The notes beneath the pieces were generated by a model. That model saw only the letters and a program-made list of their open reading frames with translations. It had not been told where the DNA came from and did not search any database. A program made the translations under genes and the position numbers. A DNA stretch of 64,000 nt from an uncultured Oscillospiraceae bacterium (GTDB taxonomy: Bacteria; Bacillota; Clostridia; Oscillospirales; Oscillospiraceae), in NCBI GenBank assembly GCA_947626495.1, contig CANQSJ010000004.1, positions 33,069-97,068 of the forward strand. The letters are read 5' to 3'. This document shows positions 53,154-62,144 of the stretch, piece by piece. Each line of letters starts with the position of its first letter. The first letter of the stretch is position 1.

Positions 53154-54513
53154 TGTTTTTCTCCTTCTTGTCCGGGTCCTTGTAGAGCGGGTGGGTACCG
53201 TCCTGGAGCATCTTTTCCTCGTCGGACATCTCATAGCCCAGAGGCACCAGCCAAGCGTACACAGCGCGAAGCTGGGCGCTCGGCGCGTAGATGGGATAGT
53301 CACCCTTGTAGGTGCTGAAATTCCCCAGCTCCTCGCTGTCGTTGAGCATGGAATATATCAGCTCCGGGGTTTTCGACCGCTCTACCTTTGTGATTGCGTC
53401 GATTACATCCAAGTATCGGCTGGCGTGATATGTGGTGGGGACGCCAAGAATCTTTTTCACCTTGTCTCGATCCAGAGTGTCATAGTTCACCGTATTTCCC
53501 ATGGCCAGCAGCGCGCCAAAGAGGATATCCCTCTCATTCGCCTTGGTGACGGTCAGGCCCTTCGCAAAAGCGGCGCGGGCCGTATAGGCTTTGATTGCCA
53601 TTTCCTTCATGGCCTTATGAGCCTCCCGGAGAACTTTGCCGCGTGCCAGCTCCTCCGACGTCTTTTTTACGGGAGGGGCTTTTTTCCGCTTAATGTGCAG
53701 ACTAAAATACGAGGGGCGCATATTGAAATACACCTGTTCGCCCTTATCATCAGGGAGTTTGACCTTCTCCGGGCCCCACTCGGCAATATAAACATTGCTC
53801 CCGATCTGGTCATACTTATGGCTCCATGCTTCATTGTTGGATATTTCCTTCGCTTTGATGTCCTTGAGGAATTTCATCACCGCCGGGCGGTTTTTCTTCT
53901 CGGCCTGCTCGCGGAGCTTCCAGGATATGTTTCTCTCAAAATCAGCCGTCCCGATCTTCTCCAAGCACTCATTTCGGGCCTTGATGTCCTCGATCTCGGC
54001 CAGTTTGTCGAAGTCCATGATGGAGAGCTGCCGCCCGGAGACCTCCTTCAAGGTATCCTGATCCAGCTCCATCATTTTCAGACGGCGGCGTACAGTGGTC
54101 GTGGAGAAGCCGGACTGCTGGGCTATATCTTCCACGGTGTCGCCCAGATCAAGCATCATCTGGAAGCCCTGGGCCTGCTCATAGACGGTCAGATCAGACC
54201 GCTGCATATTCTCCATGAGCATGGTGCGGGCCTGCTGCTTCTGGTCCATGTCCACCACCACGCAGGGCAGCTTATCCAGCCCGGCCAGCGCCGCGGCAGC
54301 CAGCCGCCGGTGGCCAATAATGACGGTGTACTGCTCATTCCCGACAGACGCGTCCGGGTCGTCCAGATCGACCAGGGGCACCACCGTCAGATTCTGCAGA
54401 ACGCCCTGGGCTTTGATGCTGTCGGCCAGCTCAGTGAGATCGCCCAGGTCTTTCCGGGGGTTGCCCGGATGGGGATGAAGCCTCGTGATCTCGATGTACT
54501 GCAAGTTTTCCAT
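53137..54513 (-). CDS. ParB/Spo0J-type N-terminal-domain protein with HTH (459 aa)
   Basis: IEITRLHPHPGNPRK...VIIGHRRLAAA (GxRR box). DIAQQSGFSTTTVRRRL is the HTH. GAAAGGAGAA RBS. Confidence 0.75.
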   Translation of the reverse strand: MENLQYIEITRLHPHPGNPRKDLGDLTELADSIKAQGVLQNLTVVPLVDLDDPDASVGNEQYTVIIGHRRLAAAALAGLDKLPCVVVDMDQKQQARTMLMENMQRSDLTVYEQAQGFQMMLDLGDTVEDIAQQSGFSTTTVRRRLKMMELDQDTLKEVSGRQLSIMDFDKLAEIEDIKARNECLEKIGTADFERNISWKLREQAEKKNRPAVMKFLKDIKAKEISNNEAWSHKYDQIGSNVYIAEWGPEKVKLPDDKGEQVYFNMRPSYFSLHIKRKKAPPVKKTSEELARGKVLREAHKAMKEMAIKAYTARAAFAKGLTVTKANERDILFGALLAMGNTVNYDTLDRDKVKKILGVPTTYHASRYLDVIDAITKVERSKTPELIYSMLNDSEELGNFSTYKGDYPIYAPSAQLRAVYAWLVPLGYEMSDEEKMLQDGTHPLYKDPDKKEKNNGTTD

Positions 54514-54676
54514 GGTATTTTTCTCCTTTCTTGATGTAGGGGCAGCCGGGTCCCATAAAATCCTCGGTGACAATCCAGTTGTCAACGACGACCTTTCCGG
54601 TCACGTCACACCAGCTGTCTCCATCGCCCGCATACATACAGTGCGGGCACTCGTTGGCACAGGTGATCTTCGCCAT
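54431..54676 (-). CDS. small Cys-rich protein
   Basis: CANECPHC...C...GCPY. AAGGTGAGGAA RBS. The 3' 83 nt overlap the ParB gene, so the C-terminus is doubtful. Confidence 0.4.
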   Translation of the reverse strand: MAKITCANECPHCMYAGDGDSWCDVTGKVVVDNWIVTEDFMGPGCPYIKKGEKYHGKLAVHRDHEASSPSGQPPERPGRSH

Positions 54677-54685
54677 TTCCTCACC

Positions 54686-56509
54686 TTAGCCCGCCGGGGC
54701 CATGAGCGCCGGTATCTTCTGGCTGGGATCGCCCAGGTAGAAATCAGAAGCCGCCAGGACTTCGCCGTATGCCTTGGCGCCGGAACCCGCGCCGCCGTCC
54801 CCGTGGAAGCTGTCAACGACGGCCTGCTCCCGCTCTCTCATATCCTCATACTTGACCCGGCCATAGTTTGGAGGCAGCCAGCCCTTCTTCCGGGAGGCGT
54901 AAATGTTCAGCCGCTCCACTAGGCGCATGGTCCCAGGGTAAAATTTGATGTGCATTGTGCCCTTCTTGAAAAAGTCCACGAAGAAATACCGGCAGCGGAT
55001 GTTCTTGGTCTCTCCCGTCTCAGCGGCCACCTTAAGCCGGTGCCGGAGATCGAAGTCATCTTCCTTCTTCCCATCCAGATAATCAAAAGCCTTTTCAAGA
55101 TCGGATATCACCTCATAGGCCTTGTCAGTATTAAACGCCTCGCCGCTCCCACGGTAGTAGAACATATTGACCGGGACTATGGATTTCTTACCGATTTTGT
55201 GGGCCTTGTTGGTGGCCCAGCCATTGTAATAATGCCGGTTCTGTGTGCATTCGGGATACCAGCTGTGCTCTTCCGTCAGCTCGTCAAAGAGCCCCAAAAT
55301 GGCATCCTCGACACCCTGGGTCATGGAGGCATTCATATCCACCAGGACCTGCTTGATATTAAAGGCCGAAAATTCATAGTCCGCCATCTTGTCCACTTGC
55401 CGCTTGAATTTCTCCTGCAGCTCACTGGTCAGGCGGCCGATGAATTTCTCATTGGAGAACAGGGCCCGCCAATATTTCAGCCGGACGATCCTCATGTAGT
55501 CCTGGATGTTGAAGTCAGTGGGCCGCCAGCTGGAATCCAGCCCGCAGCCGCTCCCGAAGTTGATCCGCAGAATCGGCTCATGGCCGTGGAATTTGTCGTT
55601 CTCGTCCAGCGTGACGTACATATACGGGACAAGGGCCTGATACTGCCGCACCAGCTCCATCGTGGCGGCCACTTCGACCTGATACATCTGGATAGCCTGA
55701 TCGATGTAATTTCCGGGAACAAGCGCCTGTATTTCCGGGTCCGGGATATATTCGGGCTCCACGGCCTTCTTCATCCGCTCGTAGATGTCGCTCTCGAATT
55801 TGGCCTCCGGGATCGTGATCTTGATGATGGCCACGTCTACATCGGCCCTGCGCTCCGCGGACGAAAAGGCACCGTCCAGGAATGTGATATCCGCGTCCAG
55901 GCGGTCCAGCTCCCGGAGAAGGTGGCGCCGCTCCTCTGAAAACGGGTTGCGAATCGTCTCGGCGTTGAGCAGGCAGCAGATGCTCCCGCCGTATTTCTGC
56001 ATATCCAGCGCCTTTAGGAGGTGGGCCGCCCCCTCGTTGAAGGGCGGGTTCATCACGATCAGGTCATACCGCTTGAAGCTCTTGTAGGACAGGAAATCGT
56101 CGTGGACCAGATGGGGGCTGATGCACTTCCTGACGCTGGATTCATACTCAAAGGCCCGAAGCCTGCTTCGCTGTTCATAGGTAAGCTCGCCGGAGGACAG
56201 CCGCCGCAGCGGTTCCAGGTCCTTTTCTATCTCCGCAACCTTCCCGGCGAAGTTGTACTTGCACACCTCCCGGAGGGCCGGGTCGATCTCGCAATAATCC
56301 ACGTCCAGCTTCCTGTCGTGATATCCCCGGTTGACGTGATAACTCTTGGCGATCTGGTACATCAGGTCACCCTTGCCGGCCTCCGGCTCCAGGACTGTAT
56401 CGATGTACAGCCATTTGATGCCGGCCAGCATTTTCTCCGCCACGGAGGGCGGGGTAGGGTAAAAGCCCTCCCGCGCCTCCTTGGTCACTGTCAGCCCCGC
56501 AACGTTCAT
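54686..56509 (-). CDS. N6-adenine DNA methyltransferase with C-terminal DUF4942-like domain
   Basis: Motif I VLEPEAGKGDL, motif IV DLIVMNPPF. 607 aa. No cognate nuclease adjacent. Confidence 0.85.
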   Translation of the reverse strand: MNVAGLTVTKEAREGFYPTPPSVAEKMLAGIKWLYIDTVLEPEAGKGDLMYQIAKSYHVNRGYHDRKLDVDYCEIDPALREVCKYNFAGKVAEIEKDLEPLRRLSSGELTYEQRSRLRAFEYESSVRKCISPHLVHDDFLSYKSFKRYDLIVMNPPFNEGAAHLLKALDMQKYGGSICCLLNAETIRNPFSEERRHLLRELDRLDADITFLDGAFSSAERRADVDVAIIKITIPEAKFESDIYERMKKAVEPEYIPDPEIQALVPGNYIDQAIQMYQVEVAATMELVRQYQALVPYMYVTLDENDKFHGHEPILRINFGSGCGLDSSWRPTDFNIQDYMRIVRLKYWRALFSNEKFIGRLTSELQEKFKRQVDKMADYEFSAFNIKQVLVDMNASMTQGVEDAILGLFDELTEEHSWYPECTQNRHYYNGWATNKAHKIGKKSIVPVNMFYYRGSGEAFNTDKAYEVISDLEKAFDYLDGKKEDDFDLRHRLKVAAETGETKNIRCRYFFVDFFKKGTMHIKFYPGTMRLVERLNIYASRKKGWLPPNYGRVKYEDMREREQAVVDSFHGDGGAGSGAKAYGEVLAASDFYLGDPSQKIPALMAPAG

Positions 56510-57243
56510 TCGCCGTCACCATCAACCGCCTGGGTCTTGACCATACCCAGCACTTCCCGTGGGGCAGCGCCGTTGTAGGGACCCACCACCCCGGCCTTCT
56601 CCATGGCTTCCATCAGAAGCTCGGCCCGGGCGTGGCCGATCTTGAGCGCCCGCTGCAGGTGGGACAGAGAGGCGGACCCGGCCTCCCGGACGGCGGCCAC
56701 CGCCTTGTCGTAGAGCGGGTCCGGCTCGGTAAACGCCTCCACCTCTACGTCCTCGACATCGGGCATTTCGCCCAGGTCGTCGCCGCCGTTGAACATATCA
56801 TCGTCCAGCTCCGGCTCATAGTCCTCGATAGGTTCCGCATCCTCGGGGAGGGCGGTGCTGGTGGCCGGCGTTGGCAGCCGCTCCGCCTGGATCAGATTCC
56901 GGCTCACCACTTCCCGGAAGAAATGGCCCTGCCAGCAGCGGGTCATGTTTACGAACAGGTTTTTCATCTTCGTGAGCAGAGCGTCGCTGACGTTGATCCC
57001 GCCGGTGACCTCATAGGCCACGTCGCCGTCCTTCATGGTGAAGCGCAGGCGGGCCTCCGTGGCCAGGACGCGCCCATCCTCGGCGTTGGCCAGAATGCTC
57101 AGCTGCTCCCCCACGCCCATGTTGGGCGTCACCGAAAGGGCGATGGGATAGTCTGTTGATTTGAAGTTGGCCACCAGTCCATGCTCGTCACACAGGCCGT
57201 CCAGCTTCTTTTTGTAAACCTCATACTTCGCAAGCTCGTTCAT
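56506..57243 (-). CDS. protein with C-terminal FtsK-gamma winged-helix domain
   Basis: DPLYDKAVAAVREAGSASLSHLQRALKIGHARAELLMEAMEKAGVVGP. Confidence 0.6.
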   Translation of the reverse strand: MNELAKYEVYKKKLDGLCDEHGLVANFKSTDYPIALSVTPNMGVGEQLSILANAEDGRVLATEARLRFTMKDGDVAYEVTGGINVSDALLTKMKNLFVNMTRCWQGHFFREVVSRNLIQAERLPTPATSTALPEDAEPIEDYEPELDDDMFNGGDDLGEMPDVEDVEVEAFTEPDPLYDKAVAAVREAGSASLSHLQRALKIGHARAELLMEAMEKAGVVGPYNGAAPREVLGMVKTQAVDGDGE

Positions 57244-57259
57244 GGTAGTGCTCCTTTCA

Positions 57260-57775
57260 TCAATCAAAAATTTTGGGGAATCCTGCTTGCGAGATCGGAA
57301 CCCGGTATTCCCCCAGGTCCGCCTCAGTGATGTACTTTCGACCGAAGTGGCTTCTCATATCGCGCCACACAGCCCACGGAATGCGGTACACGCCACCGGT
57401 GGAGAACCCGGCCACCACGAAGCACAGGGCGTTCATGGCGCTGTACTTTTCAAGGCTTTTCTCCTGTTCTTCCAGGACCCGGTCTTGCTCCATGCGGTCC
57501 GAGGATGTGAACTTCGCCTCGAAGATCACGGATCGGCCGCCCGCGATGGCGCCCTTGTAATCCGGCTGGGCCTGCTTTTCAAAACACGCCAGGAACCTGC
57601 CATTGCCCAGGGATTTCAAGATTTTCATAGGCTCCGGGGTTTTCTCTACCTTCACGAAGCCGATGGACTCGTAGTAATCCAACGCGTTGGTGATGTTCTC
57701 CTCGAACTGCTTCCCGCGGGCCCGGCTTATCAGGCCGATGAACTGCCGGCGGGGGTCCTTCGCCCCGGCGCTCAT
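57260..57775 (-). CDS. RecU-like Holliday junction resolvase
   Basis: QPDYKGAIAGGRSVIFEAKFT matches the RecU DY-G...FEAK-T catalytic motif. ATGA overlap at 57775. Confidence 0.65.
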   Translation of the reverse strand: MSAGAKDPRRQFIGLISRARGKQFEENITNALDYYESIGFVKVEKTPEPMKILKSLGNGRFLACFEKQAQPDYKGAIAGGRSVIFEAKFTSSDRMEQDRVLEEQEKSLEKYSAMNALCFVVAGFSTGGVYRIPWAVWRDMRSHFGRKYITEADLGEYRVPISQAGFPKIFD

Positions 57776-58053
57776 GGCCACCCGTCCTTCCAGGACTGCA
57801 CAAATTCCTCGGCGTGGTCGGGATACTGCTTCCCGTATTCCTGGGCAACGAACAGGCTGATCTTGCTATCCCGGAGATACTGCGCCAGCTCCTCGGCCGT
57901 CGGCTCCTCGGCCTCGGGCGGCGGCGGGTCTCTCACGAACACAGGCGAGGTCACAGCGGCCAGGATCGTCAGGACCATAGCCAGCACAAGGACCTTCCCA
58001 CGGCGCCGCCTGCGCCTTGCCCGCTGGTGTGGGCCGTCAGGATATTTCTTCAT
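57772..58053 (-). CDS. single-TM hypothetical protein
   Basis: MKKYPDGPHQRARRRRRRGKVLVLAMVLTILAAV... Confidence 0.45.
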   Translation of the reverse strand: MKKYPDGPHQRARRRRRRGKVLVLAMVLTILAAVTSPVFVRDPPPPEAEEPTAEELAQYLRDSKISLFVAQEYGKQYPDHAEEFVQSWKDGWP

Positions 58054-58238
58054 GGCCTGCGTATCCTCCCTCCGTATTTCTTCACCAACCGCCGGAACCA
58101 CGCTTTCCTCCACGGGATTTTCCACCAATGTTCCCGCTTCCAGGCCACCGGCCTGCCATGGTCGGGGCAGCTCCGGCAGGGCTCTGATAGAGCGTCAACG
58201 CTGAAATGTTGGCAGGTAAGGCACGACTTTTCGATCAT
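58050..58238 (-). CDS. small zinc-ribbon protein
   Basis: MIEKSCLTCQHF...CRSCPDHG. GGGGAGGG RBS. Confidence 0.45.
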   Translation of the reverse strand: MIEKSCLTCQHFSVDALSEPCRSCPDHGRPVAWKREHWWKIPWRKAWFRRLVKKYGGRIRRP

Positions 58239-58354
58239 CGGTCGTCCCTCCCCAGCGGCAGCTCCCGGATGAACCGCTCCACGGCGGGGATGTGCGGGCA
58301 AATGTGATCGGCCGCAACCGTTCCTATGGCCAGGATGAAATTCACCAAGATCAT
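58235..58354 (-). CDS. possible 39-aa ORF linking two ATGA overlaps
   Basis: The ATG at 58354 overlaps the upstream stop and its own stop overlaps the next ATG. Hydrophobic N-terminus. Confidence 0.3.
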   Translation of the reverse strand: MILVNFILAIGTVAADHICPHIPAVERFIRELPLGRDDR

Positions 58355-59124
58355 GTCTTTTTCTCTCCCATCTGTTTTTCGATCCGCTGCAGGCGGTCTC
58401 TTATGGCCGGCCAGTCCGGCCCCGGCTCAATGGCCCTGAGGATCACATTTTCCGGGAGGACCTTGCAGAAGCGTTTCAGCTCATCCCGCCCCTCGGTCCC
58501 AAGAATCAGGGAAACATTGCCGAGGTAACAGGAATAAGCGTGAAGCCACACAATGTCCTCCTGCTCACGCGGGGGCGCGGGCGCGCGCAGGCGCGCGGGT
58601 GGGTTATCTACACCAGTTTCATTTTCATATTCACCTTCACTTTCAGTATCAGTTTCACTTTCAGTTTCATATTCAGCGTTTGTAGCGGGTTTTGTAGGTA
58701 CAAAACCGCTTACAAACTCCTCTACAAAATCCTCGCTGTCTGTCTGGACTTTGTCGCGCCTTTGTTTTCGAGCCTCTTGGCGAATGGAGCTCAGCCGCCC
58801 ATCTTTCACCATTCGGCGCTGAAAAAGTTGGTCACCGTCCAGTGATAGGACTTCTTCTTCCAGCAGCTCCCGCAGGGACCGTTCAATCACATCGGCCGCA
58901 TAGGGCATCTGCCGGGCCAGCTTCACGGCGAAGTCTTTGGCGGCCTCGCCACTCTGCTTGTCCTTCTGCTTCAAGCGGATGGTCCCATATTCCTGGCTCT
59001 TGTGCATAAGGCACATCAGCCGGATATAGACCCCCGTGCTCTCGGCGCTGCACTCGTTCAGCCGCTCGTCCGTGAGGAAGTCCTGGACGTACAGGGGGAG
59101 GTATGGCTGATCCCGAAGCGCCAT
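58351..59124 (-). CDS. DUF1376 (YdaU-like) replication-module protein
   Basis: MALRDQPYLPLYVQDFLTDERL...STGVYIRLMCLM. Acidic ETESETDTESEGEYENE repeat. Confidence 0.6.
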   Translation of the reverse strand: MALRDQPYLPLYVQDFLTDERLNECSAESTGVYIRLMCLMHKSQEYGTIRLKQKDKQSGEAAKDFAVKLARQMPYAADVIERSLRELLEEEVLSLDGDQLFQRRMVKDGRLSSIRQEARKQRRDKVQTDSEDFVEEFVSGFVPTKPATNAEYETESETDTESEGEYENETGVDNPPARLRAPAPPREQEDIVWLHAYSCYLGNVSLILGTEGRDELKRFCKVLPENVILRAIEPGPDWPAIRDRLQRIEKQMGEKKT

Positions 59125-59137
59125 ATCATCCACCCCC

Positions 59138-59605
59138 TCAGAACGGCAGCTCGCCACTGTTCAGATCGTCGTCATCGTCCAGATCGGAAAAAGCACTCCC
59201 GCCAAAGGCTGGATCTGAATACGATCCGGCGGGCCCGGGCGCCGGGGCGGGTTGGTAGCTTCGCTGGCCGCCGCCCTGGTCGCTTTTCTTCTCGCAGAAG
59301 TAGATGCTATCCACGACGACCTCAGCCGCGGTGCGCTTGTTGTTGTCCCGGTCGGTCCAGTCGCGCATCTGCAGCCGTCCAGAAACGACCGCCATGCTGC
59401 CCTTGGCAAAATACTTGGACGCAAATTCAGCCGTCCCACGCCACGCCACGCAGTCGATGAAGTCCGTTTCCCGGTTGTTGGTGTTGCGGTCGATGAAGTC
59501 CCGATCCACCGCCAGCCTGAAGGACGCCACCGGCGTCTGGCTCTGGGTATAGCGCAGCTCCGGGTCGCGGGTCATACGGCCCTGCAGCACAATTCGATTC
59601 AGCAT
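59138..59605 (-). CDS. ssb: single-stranded DNA-binding protein
   Basis: MLNRIVLQGRMTRDPELRYT... OB fold with an acidic tail DDDDDLNSGELPF. Confidence 0.92.
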   Translation of the reverse strand: MLNRIVLQGRMTRDPELRYTQSQTPVASFRLAVDRDFIDRNTNNRETDFIDCVAWRGTAEFASKYFAKGSMAVVSGRLQMRDWTDRDNNKRTAAEVVVDSIYFCEKKSDQGGGQRSYQPAPAPGPAGSYSDPAFGGSAFSDLDDDDDLNSGELPF

Positions 59606-60001
59606 TTTGTATCACCGCCTTTCAGATTGCGGGACGAGGTGTTCACGACCTCGATCACCCGCTTGCATTGGGGGATGTCGAACATCCCGATATGGGTCCG
59701 CTTCACCGGAAGCCCCAGCATCCCGGCCAGCCACCGATAGGCGGCTTTGCGCTGGCCCTTGAAGGGCCCGGTCTGCCACAGCGGGTCAAAGCTCGCGTGA
59801 GCGGATATCCTATATTCCCGCAGCTCGGCATTGGCCAGGGTGCCCTTCGGCTTGGTCGATCCGCGGTGGGACACCCACGTAGGCGCCGCACTTCCGGCAG
59901 AGGTAAATCATCCCGTAGCTGCGGCCATAGATCACGGAGCTGTCAACGAACTCCGCCGGCTTCTCGCAGTAGGGGCATATCACGTTTCTCAATGGCTCCA
60001 T
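59599..60001 (-). pseudogene. DUF3268-like zinc-finger protein interrupted by a +1 frameshift
   Basis: ORFs 59810..60001 (CPYCEKPAEFVDSSVIYGRSYGMIYLCRKCGAYVGV) and 59599..59874 (HRGSTKPKGTLANAELREYR...FDPLWQ...HIGMFD..C) are two halves of one family. They rejoin if one C of the CCC run (plus strand GGG 59868-59870) is removed. Confidence 0.55.
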
Positions 60002-60516
60002 TCCTCCTTAAACCGGGCCAGCTGTTCCGGGGTGTCCGTTTCGATCCCCAGCTCCCGGGCCTCGGAAATGGCGCCGTCTATGAGCCGGGCCATTTCCTTG
60101 GTGTCCATGTCGCTGGTGTGCTTATAGAACAGATAGCAGTTGAACAGCTTCCCGTTCTCCTCGCGGGTCTCCACATATTTCACGTAGGGCCAGTATTTCG
60201 AAGGGTCCACGGCCTGCGGCAGCTTAAACCCGACCAGCTTCCCGTCCTTGTCCCGGTCGATGGTCCCATAGTCCAGGACCAGCCGGACCTTCACCGCATC
60301 GTCGCTCTCACCGGTCTCGGCGGCGATCTTGTTCACCAGGACGTGGAAGTAGGCGTTGGCGCTCAGGGACCGCCTCGCCCGGTGCTTCCTGATCTCGATG
60401 TCCAGCTGCACGTCTTTCAGCGCTTCCAGCTTGGCCAGGGGGTTCCCGTCCAGCTCCAGGGTGACGCGGGGGCGCCGGTTCATACCCATGGACATGTCGA
60501 TCAGCCGGCCGGTCAT
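59989..60516 (-). CDS. hypothetical recombination/replication-module protein
   Basis: 175 aa. KHRARRSLSANAYFHVLVNKIAAETG resembles a family annotated as putative HNHc nuclease (from memory, unverified). Confidence 0.45.
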   Translation of the reverse strand: MTGRLIDMSMGMNRRPRVTLELDGNPLAKLEALKDVQLDIEIRKHRARRSLSANAYFHVLVNKIAAETGESDDAVKVRLVLDYGTIDRDKDGKLVGFKLPQAVDPSKYWPYVKYVETREENGKLFNCYLFYKHTSDMDTKEMARLIDGAISEARELGIETDTPEQLARFKEEWSH

Positions 60517-61127
60517 CCGCGGGCACCCCATTTCTCGCGGTAGGTATCCATCAGGCCCTGCACCCGCAGGAAGGAAAAGAAATCCTGAATGGTGGGGATG
60601 ATGCTGGGCGTCTCCTCCCGCCGGTAGGTCTCGGTCCACACGTCCACGCCGTTGGATATACGGTATGTGAACAGCCGGGCCCCGGGGGTGATCTCGAAGT
60701 ATGTGGGGTGCTGAGTGCTGTTGATGTACTTCCCCCGGTCGTAGCTCTTGGAGAATTTGATGTCGGTAATCTCGCCAGCCTTCAGCGCGTCCAGGCGACC
60801 ATAAAGAACGATCTCATTCCCGTCCACGGTGAGGCGCTTCTTGGCCTTGTACTGCAGGACGCCGCCCCGGATGTCGTCGGCGATCTTCGCCGCGGCCTCG
60901 GCCCAGGGGGAAGATGTGTCGCCCCGGCCATAAACGAAGGCCGTGACCAGATTCTCGAAGTCGATCCCGTTCTGCATGGCCTCGTTGGTGGGGGTAGGCT
61001 CCCGGCGGAGGACCTGCAGGAACTCGGCGTAGGGGTCCCGCTCGGTGGTGGCGTCCTCGTAGGGGTTATCCCTCATGGCGTAAAGCCAGGACGCCAGGAG
61101 CGAGTGTGTCATCAGGTAAGCGGGCAT
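60513..61127 (-). CDS. PD-(D/E)xK (Cas4/RecB-like) nuclease
   Basis: GRLDAL...ITDIKFSK is a D...D-x-K core. Lies next to the Sak4-like ATPase. Confidence 0.6.
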   Translation of the reverse strand: MPAYLMTHSLLASWLYAMRDNPYEDATTERDPYAEFLQVLRREPTPTNEAMQNGIDFENLVTAFVYGRGDTSSPWAEAAAKIADDIRGGVLQYKAKKRLTVDGNEIVLYGRLDALKAGEITDIKFSKSYDRGKYINSTQHPTYFEITPGARLFTYRISNGVDVWTETYRREETPSIIPTIQDFFSFLRVQGLMDTYREKWGARG

Positions 61128-62098
61128 TACTGCGCCGCCCCCTTCGCTTCGCCGTCCTTCTTGGCCGGGGCGGGAGTGTGCTTTTTCAGAATGGGGTCCC
61201 AGAACAGACCCAGCTTCTTGACCGTCTCACCGTATACCGCCTGGAGCTCGGCTCTGGACGTGAGGACGTGGGGCAGGTTTGCGATGGCCTCGACTGCGCC
61301 GTCGGCGTCCTCCGGGGTCTTGACTTTCTCCAGGATGGCCTTGCCAGCAGCCACGACCTCGGCATACTTTTTCTGGTCCTCGCCGACCTTCTCGGACTCG
61401 GCGGCGATATTGGAGCAGTATTTTTTAAAAAGCCGGGTGAGGAAGTCGTTGGGGCTGTCCGGGCCTAGGGCGGGGATCTTCAACACGCCGTTGATACCAC
61501 GGGTGCCCTTGGCGAAATACCGCTCGCAGTTGGAGAAGCCGATGGTGCGGTCGTTGCCGATGACTTCCACGAAGCCGCCCAGGTCCATGTTCTCCCAGAC
61601 GTTGTTTTTGGTCTGGCCCTCGATCTTGATGCGCAGCCGGGTGTTCTCCCCGTCCTTCTCCTCCACCGCGTGAAAGACCATCACGATGTGCTTATGGAGA
61701 TCGTAGAAGCAGTGGTCCATGAGCCGGGCGAACTCGCGGCCCACGGCGCCGTACCCTTTGAGGGAGAGGCTGCCGTCCCGCTGGCCATACTTGGGGTCCT
61801 TCATGATGGCCCACAGGCTCATGAGGGTAAACAGCTTCCCGCCGGTGTCAAAAACCAGCGTGTCGAAGTCCTGGACGTTCACGGGGGTCAGGTCCCCCAG
61901 GAGCTCGTCATAGCTCTTGGGCTGGATGAACGGGACGCGGTACCGGGGCTCTATGCGGTCGATGCCGAAGTCCACGTCGATGTGCAGGGGGTTGGGGGCC
62001 GACAGCGCCAGGGTGGATTTGCCGATGCCGGGATAACCGGCAATGAGCATCCGTATGCGCTTGTCGTCCTCCTTGTAGTCGGTGGGCATTTTAATCAT
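61127..62098 (-). CDS. AAA_24/Sak4-like RecA-fold ATPase
   Basis: Walker A MLIAGYPGIGKST. HIDVDFG. ATG at 62098 with GAAAGGAGAA. Confidence 0.75.
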   Translation of the reverse strand: MIKMPTDYKEDDKRIRMLIAGYPGIGKSTLALSAPNPLHIDVDFGIDRIEPRYRVPFIQPKSYDELLGDLTPVNVQDFDTLVFDTGGKLFTLMSLWAIMKDPKYGQRDGSLSLKGYGAVGREFARLMDHCFYDLHKHIVMVFHAVEEKDGENTRLRIKIEGQTKNNVWENMDLGGFVEVIGNDRTIGFSNCERYFAKGTRGINGVLKIPALGPDSPNDFLTRLFKKYCSNIAAESEKVGEDQKKYAEVVAAGKAILEKVKTPEDADGAVEAIANLPHVLTSRAELQAVYGETVKKLGLFWDPILKKHTPAPAKKDGEAKGAAQ

Positions 62099-62144
62099 GT
62101 GCGTTTCTCCTTTCAGATTTTTGGCGGCCAGGGCCGCTGGATTA

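Noticed and set aside
58600-58690. Short periodic repeat (ttcactttcagt...) and the 18-bp duplication at 12711-12746, considered as a possible CRISPR or satellite array
   Set aside because: Both are in-frame coding low-complexity repeats (acidic ETESETDTESEGEYENE and PEPSAT). There is no repeat-spacer architecture anywhere in the window.
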